Of a stretch of 64,000 nt of DNA, positions 23,230 through 34,945 are shown piece by piece. The notes beneath the pieces are model-generated. The model was not told the origin of the DNA. It saw nothing but the letters and a program-made list of their open reading frames with translations, and did no database searches. How positions within the stretch are numbered: position 1 is the stretch's first letter; every line of letters begins with the position of its first letter. Source of the DNA: Vitrella brassicaformis CCMP3155 (Eukaryota > Protista > Chromerida); contig CDMY01000393.1 of NCBI GenBank assembly GCA_001179505.1, positions 1 to 64,000 on the forward strand, in the 5' to 3' direction. The translations under genes were made by a program, and so were the position numbers.

Positions 23230-25160
23230 AGGGCGTGCACATGAACACGAACAGCGAGTCAGGCAGTCACGCCGACAGCACACATGCAATAGGTGGCCCA
23301 ACAGGTCATGACTCATTCATCACACCACAGACAGCATCACACTGATTGATGTATCAACCCTCTCCTGCCTTCGCTCTTTCCCGGGCTGCGAATTGAAAAG
23401 GAAAACGATCGATCGACTCTCACGTCAGGTTCGACCAAACGATAGCACGACTCGAGCAGTGTGCACTCGCACAAAGGCATGAAACACACCCTCACTCACT
23501 CATGCACATCCTCACGAACCGCATTCGCACATTCCCACGCACACACAGTACGCATACACTGCACACACATACATGCACGTACGCATCAATCCACCACCCC
23601 CCCACAGCAAGACGGCAAGACCATACGCGACAGACAAGACTAAGCGGTGCACCTCACACGAACCTATTGTGAGGGCAGCCAGTGGGTAGAAGGGAAGGAG
23701 AAAGAACTCTCCAAAGTCGTTCGACGAATCAATTCATACATCAACTTGGAGGCAGGGTCAAGAGTGGGGGAAGAGCAGGGAGGTGAGGGGGCGCAGGGCA
23801 GGGTGTTGCGGGCTGCGATTGAGTCTCCCGATCCAGATACAGCACGTCCCGCACCTTGCTCGGCAACTCAGGGCTGCACCGAGAGAGAGAAAAGGTAGAC
23901 GAACATATGTGTGTTCGAAATATATATCGATCTGCCTGCTGTTGTCGGCTGCTGCTCACCTGGTGTTATATGCCCACGACACCAGATACACCGGCTTGCG
24001 ATCGATGCAGCTCTTGAGGATATCCAAAACAATCTCAAAGTCACCATCACCCGCCACCAAGACAAGGGCATCCACGTCTCGGTCCATCTCTCGCGTGTGT
24101 AGCTCAAGGGCAATCTTGATGTCTCCGCCTCGCTGCTTCCCCGAAGGTTTCAACCTGCGGAAATGCGACCACAAAAAAGCCATTGGGACTTGTTGTGTGT
24201 ACATATGCACGTGTATTCTCTGTTCGCCATCGCTCACACTGACTTCGTTTCGAAGACGTCATAGCGTTTTCTGGACTTCAGAGCCCTGTGAAAATGCCGC
24301 AGCTGCTCCTTGGCATGAGTAGCATTGCTGAGCTCGTTCGGATCGGTGCTCACGTACAGGGAGTGAAAAGGACTTACATGCAAGCCCCACTTGGTCTCAA
24401 TCTTCCTGACAAGGACTTCGAAGTCTTCCACTTGAGGGGCTTTCCCGTAAGACTGCTCGAATGTGCGATACCAGTAACCGCCATCCACAACAAGCGATGC
24501 CAGCGATGCGTTGGGAAGGAACGAGCTGTGGGGCCTGATGGCGTTGGGTGTGTTGGGCACGCTCTGTGCGTGCGGTAAATAAGGCGACTGACTGCACACC
24601 CAACACCAGCAAAGAGAGGAATCGATTGAACGGTAGCTGTGTGAATGTGTGCGTACCTGGCCAGATGGCTGTTCGGCGGAAAGTAGTCGCCTGGTGTACT
24701 CGCAGCCGGCGAAAAGGGACCAGTCAAATGACGAGTTCTGCACGCAGACGCGAACAAATAGCATTCATCTGCGGACGACTGCACCGACCCGTAGTACGGT
24801 CATACGTACTTGCTGGGCGTAGGATGCTGCGCGAAGACATGAGGGCTTGTCATGCCGTTGCTTGGTGGAACAAGGGTCGTGTTAAGCCTGAAAGAGCGAC
24901 GTATGCATCATCCGTGGACACGGCGCACTGTCTCGTGGCCCTTACCTGTCAAGTCGGAGCTGCGCAGGACGGCTGATCTCCCTGCATTTCAAGGTCACAC
25001 CTAATGTGTCTTGATCTATCTATCATACACATGCAAACTCACCTTCCTGGGAGAGGGGGCACCACACTTTGATCCGACGCCTGTGACTCGTGTGCATTGT
25101 GTTCGTTTATCTTGCGTTTATCTAGTGCTTACGAGATGCTAAACCACGGTCCACAGGCCT
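23230..25160. repeat. Segmental duplication, copy B
   Basis: Same colinear blocks as 19730-21745, diverged by substitutions and indels. Confidence 0.9.
23741..25085 (-). CDS. NYN-domain putative ribonuclease, copy B; 5' end uncertain
   Basis: VVDGGYWY (Asp at 24483-24485), PSGKQRGGDIKIAL, DALVLVAGDGDF (24037-24051) and VSWAYNTSPELPSKVRDVLYLD, with the same exon layout as copy A. Confidence 0.8.
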
Positions 25161-27060
25161 ACACACACACACTCACACACACACACATCACACACAAATA
25201 CTCTCTGAGTTTGCTGTCTCTCAATTGTGTATTGCTAGTCACAAGCATTGAATGGACCTCGGCTCCCGCCGAACAAAGTGCACACATACGGAATGGATGG
25301 CTGGGCCATTGATGCGATTTGTTAATCGTGGCGCTGGGAGCCTGGACGGGCGACAGACACCGGCAGCGTCCAGCCAATCTGCACACAGACAGAGAGACAG
25401 AGAGACAGAGAGACAGACAGACAGACAGAGGGAAGGGTGGGCGTATGTGCGTGGATGCCCCACCCACACATCCGTGCAGGTACCCGCGCCCGGCAACGTC
25501 TTCTGTTCGGTGTGCGATGCAGTGAGCACAATCGCCATCAGACATAAAATGTAGGCAGCAATCTTCTGTCTGTCTGTCTGTCGGGCCCCTCGCACCACCT
25601 GCACCATAGACAAAAGACACATCACACAACAATAGCATATGTGTTATTGGCTGACTCACTCACTTGCTGTTCGATGGTGGGGATGCGGTCCGGCCGGCGA
25701 TCCGGGGGTGGGGATGCGATTACCCTTCCACGTGTGACACTCTTTGAAGTAATCCAGATCCGCCTGATCGATGACGGACGAGGAAGGGAAGAGCGCCGAG
25801 ACCACAAGGGGGGAAGGTGGAACCATACATCCGAAAACACACCACAGCACAGCAGCAGAGGGGAAAAAGTGCAGTGAGTACACACCACATCCGGCGCAGC
25901 TTCACGACGGACCTGCACCCATCACACAACGGACAGAGATCACACGGATGAGATGTGACATCCCCGTCTGTGTGTGTGTGCATGTGTGTGTGTGTGATGG
26001 ACATACTTGAAGTACAACTGCACGAGCTTCTCCCACTCCTCCTGAAGGACCGCCTTCATCTGCGACACACACACACCAACCACAGCGCCACACAATGACG
26101 AGTGAGCCCAGCAGCTGCGGCTGTCTGTCCTTCCTTCCATCATGTGTGTATGTAATGGGATGGTTCGTGTGTAAATATACACGCACCGCATCTCCTCTCC
26201 TACTCCGATGTAAGAACGTGGTGTGTGTGTGTGCCGTACCTGGTCTTCAGTGCGGGGGCGATCACCGCGCTGGTCGCACTTGAAGTAGTCGAAATCCTCC
26301 TAATCGATGACGGACGAGGATGGGGTAAGGAAGGTGGAAGCGTACATGCGAAAACGCAGCACAGCTACCGTGCTACTGTTCTACGGCGGCCATGACTAAT
26401 GCCTCCCTCCCAACCTCACTACCCGTCTCCCTGCCTGTCTGCCTGGCTGACCGCCCTCCGTCACTCACTCACCTCGTCCTGTGAGACGGGATGGGGCTCC
26501 TTGAGGTCCTTGCGCAGCCGCTGCTCGATACTACGGCGGTAGGCGGTGCCGGGAGCCAGGTAGGCCGGCGGGATCTCTTCCGGCAGGTCGAGCGGCAGCA
26601 GACGGGCGAGCTGCAGCACCTCCGTCATCCTGATTGATAGATGCCAGCCAACGATATGCGCAGCCAGGAGGCAGAGAGGGAGGGGAGGATAGTGTGTGTG
26701 TGAAAGGTAGGTGTCTGTGTCTGTGTCGACCGACCGTGTGGCTTGAGGTTTGGTTTCCTTGGGGTTGGCGACGAGGCAGTCGATGGTGGGGATGCCGTGA
26801 GGCTGCGTGCCGTCCCCCTGCACCGGGGCACGCAGGTCACGCGACACACAAGACAGCCAGACCTGTTGACAGCTCGACTGCGCTATTCCTCGCCGGCTTG
26901 TTACTCACCTGTCGGCGTCTGTGTCGCCTGATGGCCCGGTTCTCCACAGACTGAGTGAGACAGCCAGCCAGAGCCAGCAATGATCAACAAACACACCTTT
27001 GCGAAAGCCCCTTCAGCGTGTCTTACGCCTGGTGCAGCCGTGGTGAGAGGGCGCTGGCCG
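25121..27060 (-). CDS. Unknown multi-exon gene or pseudogene with an internally duplicated exon
   Basis: Phase-compatible exons MTEVLQLARLLPLDLPEEIPPAYL..QDE | EDFDYFKCDQRGDRPRTEDQ | MKAVLQEEWEKLVQLYFK | ... | KIAAYILCLMAIVLTAS. No family recognised. Confidence 0.45.
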
Positions 27061-27145
27061 TGACAGAGGACAATCTGATGTAGGCACACACAACGCACAG
27101 TCGCATCAGTCGGATGGATGGCTGGGTCGTTCGTTGCTTCTTAGA

Positions 27146-27700
27146 TTATGTGACCGAGTCGTAGTGCAGGCCGCTGAGGTGTGAGAGCCGCATTGGGTGG
27201 GGACTGCAGGCGCTGCCCGTCTGGTGACGCAACTCTGAAAGGACAGCGCAGCGACAGAGGGCGGCGGGCACATGACATGGATGCATCTGTGAACGTGTGT
27301 GTGTTTTGCTGTCTAGGTGTCAATCAAGGTGGCTACGGTACCGCTGATGGATGCGTCGTATATTTCTATTCTGCGGTCGGGCTTCACAGACCGTATCTTG
27401 AGGCCACAGGCCGCCAGATGGCTCCTCAAACCCAAGTTGGTGGAACCATCAGGCGGGCAGGAAGTGGCTGAGGGTGACGGCGGCGGGTGGGGCTCCGGCG
27501 GCCCTTGCTCTTCTGGGCGTGCTTAGTCTTACCCATTTGCCACAAAGCTGGCGGATCTGCAGCAGCGGTTTCAAAGATCCACTCCCGCCAGGACGCCTAT
27601 TCTTCTTGCTACCGCCCTTCCCTCCCCCGCCCAAGGGTTCTTGACGTAACGGAAAGCGACACTGCTCTTCTTGGCGTGCTTGCTCTTGCCCGGTCGCCAA
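27146..27700 (-). pseudogene. Decayed OTU-family deubiquitinase (OTUD3/5-like) lacking the catalytic Cys region
   Basis: GLRSHLAACGLKIRSVKPD is fused directly to RRIEIYDA. After an intron comes MRLSHLSGLHYDSVT* (His box, 27146-27166). Upstream frames contain stops. Confidence 0.6.
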
Positions 27701-28567
27701 AGGTCGTTTGTTGGTTTGTTCGTTCCTCGATGAGGTGTGGGTGAAATGAGATGCAATGGGAGAATCTGCCGCTTAAAGAATAAATATCGTCTGGAGACAG
27801 AGGATATATTTTCGACACACCAGAATTTACAGAAAGAACAAGAGGGGGGTGCTTCCCACCTCTTTCCCCGGCAGATGCAAATGGGGGAAATGGGCATGGC
27901 GATGGAGGCAGCTCGAGGACGAACGAAAGAAAATGTGGCGGGCAGCCCCGACATCCATGCAGGCAGCCCGAAGGCTGCACAGCCCACGACACGTGTGCCT
28001 CAGGCAACGCTCCTGCTGGAACGAAAGATGCCATGCCCTCACACTTTTGCAATGATGTATCACACATACACACACACTTTTATTTGTGTCTTGCACACAG
28101 AAGGACTTGAGCCAACCAGGACGAGAATCCACCCACGGATAGGCACTTTGCAAAGCAACACTGACTCCATCTCACTCAGGAACGCAGCCAAGTACCAGCC
28201 ATACAGTCCGCGGATCGCATTCATTGCTGCATTCTGGAAAGATGCGCTAGAAACCGTCAATCCATCCATCACGCAAACACTGCTTCCTTCGGATGGGATG
28301 ATGCACTGCACGGTGGCCAAGTAAGTTGTTCCATCCATCCACAAGACACACGGCGTCCCGTCCACCGTCCGCCTGTCTGTCCCTCGATGGATCCGATCCA
28401 TGCACACACCTGTCTATCTGCTTCATTTCTTCCGCCTCGAAGGGGTCCCTCGCGCCTCCGCCGCTTGACGCCTCGTCGTCGGACCCCTCGGCTGCGGGGC
28501 TGACGCACGGGGACTCTCGCCATCATCCTGCACTCACAGACACCCCACACCCCCACACCCCACAATA

Positions 28568-31500
28568 TCATGCACCGCGCAGCCCATCCCATTCTCCCTC
28601 CCATACCGCGTTGGCAGCAGCAGCAGATGCCCGTGTCCTGCGTCCTGCGTGAGGCTGTGACGGCTGAGGCTGTGCGCCCTCGTCGCTCGCAGCAGGCTGT
28701 GAAGCGATCGCGACAGCCGCCGGTCCTGCCGCTGCAGCGGCATGCTGCTGAGCTGATGCCGTCGAGCTAGCTGCGGCTGCGGCCGACTGTGTCGCGGCTG
28801 ATCCAGCAGTGACGCTCGCACCGGTGGCGGGGCCACCACCAGGGCCCTTGCCGGTAGCCGTCATGGCGGGAAACGTCGGCGGCCGGACTGCACGAACCTC
28901 TGGAGGTCGAGGGGCCATCGGCATGGCATAGGGCACAGCAGGCGCCCGTGGTGCTGATGGAATAGAGTATAGAAGGCGGCTTGGCGGCATCGGGGGGAAG
29001 GGGGGCGGGTGGGCCACGGGCCCACGAGGACGGGTCGGCTGGGCTCCTGCCGATGGGGCGTTGGGCTCGCTCTTGACATCTGCCGCCTGGGCCACCGATG
29101 CACCACCGTCTGGGGGTGTCGCCACTCCACCGGCGCTTCTGGGCTGGGATGTGACCCCCGACACACTCGGTGTCACGGCATTGGCAGTCGCCCCCTGCAC
29201 CTGCCCAAGCCCTGGCGCCTCAGGCGCTGGTCTCGATGCGACGGGCGGGGCAGTGGCCGGTATGGCGTGCATCGGCTGGTAGAAGCCATGCTGGATCGGG
29301 CCAGCACCAGCTGTCATGCCACGCTGAGCTGCAGCACCAGCAGTGGGACCCACACCCACTGGCGCTGGCCGGGTAGCGAGACCGAAGCCCATAGGGAAGG
29401 TCGGTGCGAAGGGCGCCCCGGGTTGATAGAAGGCGGGAGCCATGGGCTGGAACATGCCCACGCCAGCCTGGCCCGCAAACATGGGAGGGGCGGCGGGGGG
29501 GCGAGGGGCCGCTGCAGCGACGGAGACGCTGGTGGTCGCAGGGGCTCGCTCCTCCTTGATCAATGGGGCTGTCGCCGGTGCAGTGATGCCGCTGGATGCC
29601 GCACCGACAGCTGAACCGCTGATGGCCCCTGCCTGCCCTGCTGCTGCGGGTGTCTGCGACGACGTCACGGCTGCAATCGACGCTCCTTGTGTGGTAGGTA
29701 GCAGTGGTGCTTGTGGGGGTTCCAGTGGGCCGGCAGCTTTTGGCCGGATGGTCTCTGTCTTGACCCCGGTGGCCGCGGCTGCTGCCGCCTTCATGGCGTC
29801 CATCTCCACACGGAAGTTCTGCTGGAACTGATTCACGGGCTGTGCCGACTGCATATAGTTGCCCAGCCAGGGGGCGACGGGCGCGGGTCGCGCCGCACCA
29901 GCAGCATGCACGCCCGTCGGCTGTGAGAGCGAAGCGAAGCCAGTGCCGGGCGAGCCGCGACCGGCGGCCATTTGCACCCCCTGAGGGAACTGAGGTGTCG
30001 GCGGCCGTGCAGGCAGCTGTGGAGTCGACAGGCTGACCGGCTGTGTGCCGCTGGGTGCGCTGACTGCAGCCGGAGGGGCGACTGCCGCAGCAGCAGCAGG
30101 AGGGGGGCGTACAGGTTGCTGTGGGGGCGGGATAGTGGGCGCCCGTTGAGCGAATGGTGCTGGGGGCGGTCGTGTGGCTGTGGGTGAGGAGATTGGCGGG
30201 GGAGACGAGTCACGGGGGAACGATGTCGCTGACATGGGAGGGCAGACAGACAGACAGACAGACAGGATGTGGCAGGATCGTGTCCACATGTGTGTGATGT
30301 GTGTGTGTGCTCACATTTGTATGGGTGGAAGGAGAATGGAGGCGCCAACAACGGAGGCCGGCCACGATGCTTTCGCTGATGGAAGGCACAAACAAAGCCA
30401 AAGCGACCATTATGACCCACAGAGACACGTGAGTGTCCCTCCCACGAGTGCTCGTGCAGTGAGTGCATCGATGTCCTCCCTCACCTTGAACTTCTGGCTG
30501 AGGACGAACTCTGCGTCTCGCAGTTCCTTTTGGCTGATGCGGTTGCCGTAGAGGTGCAGGAACTGCACCTTGCTCTCCTCATTGTCTCTAAGCGCCGAAC
30601 ACAGACGGTCACCCGCACCGGACTTCTGATAGATAAACGAAGCGCAGCCAGCAAGTCACCCAAACAGACAGAATCAATCAGTCGAGCCATGCCATGTGCA
30701 TGGGTAAAGGTATAGCCAGGCGTGTGGCGTACGTTGGCTCCGCCGCTCCACGAGATTCTGTTCCAGTAGAGGTCGAGCACCACGAGGGTCTTGTTCTTGC
30801 CCAGCGCAACGGCGAGGTCACAGCCACCTGCACACACAGAGACAAACGGAGACAAAGAACCGACACGTCACGCCCACTCATCCATGCACGACTCGCTCTG
30901 TCTCTTGTCCTTCTGGGCATGTGTGTGACTGACCTTGGTCCTTTATGTCGTTGAATTTGAGTGAGAGGCTCTGCAGTGTAGAGTTGGCTTCCAGCCCGCT
31001 CGCCACCGACGTGGCCCCCGAGTCGCCCAGACCACAGTTGCTCAGATCCAGCATCTGCACGTCAACGAGCAGATGCGTTGTGCGGGAATGCGGGAGACAC
31101 GATTCGTTGGCCTGGCTGCTTACGGTGAGTGTCTTGTTTTCCCTGATGAGTTTGGCCAGGACGGCGTTGACGTGGCCGTTGGCTTTGTCCAGCAACTGGT
31201 TCTCCTGCAGTTAGTGTCACACACATGTGCAGTGCAGGGCAGTGCAGTGCAGGCCAGACTATCACTGTGAGTGAGTGTATTGGTTCGTCTGGTCTGTGTG
31301 TGGTGTTCCTTCTATCTGACGTACGTACCTGCATTTGGAGCGACCTGAGGTGGGTGTTGTGCACGAGGGCGCCCAGGATGCCCGTGGACGCCTTGAGGCT
31401 GAATTTGCAGTCGTTGAGGTTGAGTGACTGGAGGAAGGGCCCCTCCGTCGTCCTCAGCAGACCCTCCAGCGCCACACCCACTGAGTCATTGAAGACGTTG

Positions 31501-31726
31501 TCCTGATGGATTCATTGATTGGGCAGACAGTCACGTCACGCACGGATGCCTCGACATGGCCGTGATTCACGTCATTTGATTGATGTCAGTCAGTGACTTA
31601 CGGCGAGGTTGAGATCGACGAGGTTCTTGGCCGTCTTGGGCGTCAGGTGTTGGACCAGCACACGACCACCACTCAAACTCATGAGCACACTGCAGGCAGT
31701 GAGCAACACATGACATCAATGAAGGC

Positions 31727-31757
<31 letters not shown>

Positions 31758-32788
31758 TGACATGCCCACAGAAAGGTGGCATGGCATGGCGGGGTGGGGT
31801 GCTCATACACAACAGACAGACAGACGCGTTCGTCTGTCCTCACCTCGCGAGCCCGAGTGTCTTGAGCTTGGGCAGATCCTTCAACGTCATGATCAGCAAG
31901 GCGATGCCACTGTCACCCAACCGGTTCCTGCCATGCCAGCGGGAGGGACACAAACCAACAAACCAACACACCAACACACACACTCTTCATCCCATCCTCG
32001 TATGTATTAGCCCTCTCCCTGCCTGTCACTCGGTCGCTCGCTGACCTGGAGACGTCGAGTGTGACGATGCCGTGCATGTGGAGATGGAAGCCCCGCAGCA
32101 GCTTCCACGAGTAGACGTGCGGGCAGTATAGGCCGACCACCATCCTACCCAGACCGCTGTCACCCCCCTTCTCCACCCCGCCAGCGCCGCCATCGCTGCC
32201 CGTGGCGCTGCTCGAACCCCTCACTATCGGCGAGTGTGTGTGCCTCGGCGTGGCGCCGCCGCCCGCCTGAAGCGTCAGGCTGAGAGACCGGTGAAGAGGC
32301 TCCGGCTCTGGCGGGTGGTCCACCTGCATCACTGACGACGACGAACGGACCACTGAACAGAACACAACACACAGCACCAGACAGACAATCATCTTCCATC
32401 CATCCATCTATCTCAGGTCATGCTCACGTGCTTCCTCAGGCGGCAGGTGTGTATGCGAGACGGTCTGCAGTGCGTCCCTCACGCCGGTGGAGGCCAGGCG
32501 GAAGCGCAGCACGTCCTCGCTCCCCAGAGACGACACGACCAGCCACACGGTGTCCCTCGCCAGACACTTGATGTGGTCACCGCCCTTCGTGACCTCCCTC
32601 ATAGCCCGGCTCGTCCCTTTGCTCTTGAGCCGCTCCATCTCTGCTGCCGTGGCCCGACGCGAATACCGGTACCCCACTGAGTCTCCGGTGCCGCCTGTTG
32701 TGGCCGTGGCTGCTGGTGCGTCACATTGTGCTGATGGCTGCGGGTCATCGGGTGCGAATCGATAGGCCCAGTGGGATGACGGCCACAT
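28568..32788 (-). CDS. F-box-like + RNI-type leucine-rich-repeat protein with a ~550-aa Pro/Ala-rich tail
   Basis: F-box-like DTVWLVVSSLGSEDVLRFRLAS. LRR exons include LQSLNLNDCKF, LDLSNCGLGDSGATSVASGLEANSTLQSLSLKFNDI, LVVLDLYWNRI and FLHLYGNRI. A phase-compatible link (KFK|RKHRG..YK|STSFPRD) joins them to the 573-aa ORF. Confidence 0.8.
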
Positions 32789-33112
32789 GATTGATGAGAG
32801 GGATGGTGGATGAGTCAGTCGTCCGTCACGATGCTCTTCGGAACCAGATGATGACGAGATCACAAGACATCCGAGTCAACGAGAGCCTTGCGTCAGGAGC
32901 GCGAGAGATGAGCCTCAAACTTCAAGCTCGCAAATGTCAACCGATCTTCCGCGAACACCTTCTTGGAACACCAGCTGTGAGCCAAGGCATCACAAGATGA
33001 CCGACATCTGCCATTTCTTTCGCGAATCGCAACGGTATGAATGATGATGCTGTCTGCAGAGATGTCATGAGGAGCTAATGAGGAGCGGCATCGCTTGACG
33101 GGATGAGACCTC

Positions 33113-34613
33113 ATGTTCGTCCGCCTGCTCATGCTCTTCCTCGGCTGCTCAAACAGCTGTCGTGAAGGCCTCAGCACTGCACCTGCCCTGCATCGGACGC
33201 TCGTGTTCATCGCGCTTCCCGCTACTGATCTGAAGCCCTATCGGCCTGTCCTGCGTTCGCACTGTCCCGCCATGGAGATGAAAGCCATATCCCCTCCCAC
33301 CACTGCAGAGAAACCCCGAACAACGCGGTCAAGGCGCTCTCGTAGGTCCCGAGAGCCCATCACGGTGCCTGCCTTCGAAGAATTCGACTCCGATATTGTT
33401 CGCTCGATGTGCGAGCGGGAGCTGAGATGGTCGCCGGGGAAGCATCTGTTCCGCCAACATCGGCAGATCGACGCCTGGTATGACGGGATGGTGGCCACAG
33501 TGGGGGAGGAGTATGTTGAGTTCCTGGTTGGGCTGCTGGTGGCTGCGGGGAGTGCCGATATAGAGGGCGGTACGCGTGAGGGTGGCGGGGCATCGCTGCG
33601 TTATCAGCTGGAGCTGCGGACGCACCAGCTGGACCTGTTGCTGTTCGTCCAGTGGGCGCTGGGGTGCGGGGTGCTGAGGGCAAAGAGGTGGCACGGCAAG
33701 ACCAGGCAACCTGTCGCTTACTCACTCCAGTTCCGCGACAGAGACTCCATCCTTAAACTCGCAAGGCTCTTCTCAGGTATGTGGTGTGTTGAGTAGAGAG
33801 AAAAGATACGACTGCAGCATGCTGCATGACTCTCTCTCGGCTCTTGTTTGTGTGCTCTCTCTCTCTCTCTCTGTGTGTGTGTGTTGTGTGCAGGTCGTGT
33901 GTGCAATCCCATGGCGCAGCGTCGGTTATCTGAGTGGCTGCAGATCGCCAATCTCCGCTTTGATGGCTTCTGGTTCGATCCCCTTTTCCCCGCCCCCGAG
34001 GAGACCCCGCCCGCACAGCTGGCCGGCTTCCTCGAGATCGTCGGCATCTTCACCGCTCGCATCTTTGAGGTCAAGAAGAAGAGGTCATTATCTGACGGCA
34101 GCAGCACCGCCACCGATGACAGTGGAGATGGCAATCCTCCACGAGCGTCGACAGCCCCCGGCATCCACCTAATGTTCCGGTCGCGCACTTGTAATGCCAC
34201 GCTCTCTTCCTACCTCAAGACGATGGTCCAAGGTGGGCAGATCCTCCCTGACGGCTCTTACGCGTGGAAGGGCCGCCATCCGAGTGACTTCAAGCCCCTC
34301 CTCACCCGGCTGGACCGCACCCCGCCGCTGTCAATGGTGCGGCGAAGATCTGTCGGCAAGTGGCGACGGCTACTAAGCAAAATGGGCGATGAGGAGAGCC
34401 TCAAAGCGTATGCGAGGCGCATCAATGACCACGTCGACCGGTGCTATGCGCACAGGCGGCAGGGGCTGCCCGGGAAGTTTGTCTATCGGCCGCCGGGCAA
34501 GGCGAGATCCAGTGACTTCCTCAGTGAGGAGTATCTTGGTGCTTATCGGTTGCACGGCCACTGGCGCGCGATGCTGTCCAGGTGGCGGAGGAGTGGGCGG
34601 GGGGAGGGGGAGG
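33113..34613 (+). CDS. Nuclear two-domain LAGLIDADG homing-endonuclease-like protein, catalytic residues substituted; 3' end runs into a gap
   Basis: Motif 1 LVGLLVAAG (33524-33550), then YQLELRTHQLDLLLFVQWALGCG and YSLQFRDRDSILKLARLFSG. GT-AG intron at 33777-33893. Then RVCNPMAQRRLSEWL, motif 2 LAGFLEIVG (34019-34045) and RLDRTPPLS..KWRRL..YARRIN. Confidence 0.7.
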
Positions 34614-34913
34614 NNNNNNNNNNNNNNNNNNNNNNNNNNNNNNNNNNNNNNNNNNNNNNNNNNNNNNNNNNNNNNNNNNNNNNNNNNNNNNNNNNNNNNN
34701 NNNNNNNNNNNNNNNNNNNNNNNNNNNNNNNNNNNNNNNNNNNNNNNNNNNNNNNNNNNNNNNNNNNNNNNNNNNNNNNNNNNNNNNNNNNNNNNNNNNN
34801 NNNNNNNNNNNNNNNNNNNNNNNNNNNNNNNNNNNNNNNNNNNNNNNNNNNNNNNNNNNNNNNNNNNNNNNNNNNNNNNNNNNNNNNNNNNNNNNNNNNN
34901 NNNNNNNNNNNNN
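34614..34913. other. Assembly gap (300 N) flanked by G-rich runs
   Basis: Run of N. Confidence 0.99.
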
Positions 34914-34914
34914 G

Positions 34915-34945
<31 letters not shown>

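Noticed and set aside
27737-28324. 195-aa plus-strand ORF
   Set aside because: No recognisable motif, lower GC, and it includes intron-like repeats. Probably non-coding.
33113-34613. Active mobile homing endonuclease or a recent organellar insertion
   Set aside because: The catalytic acidic residues are absent, the base composition is GC-rich like nuclear genes, a spliceosomal intron is present, and there is no flanking group I intron or organellar host gene.
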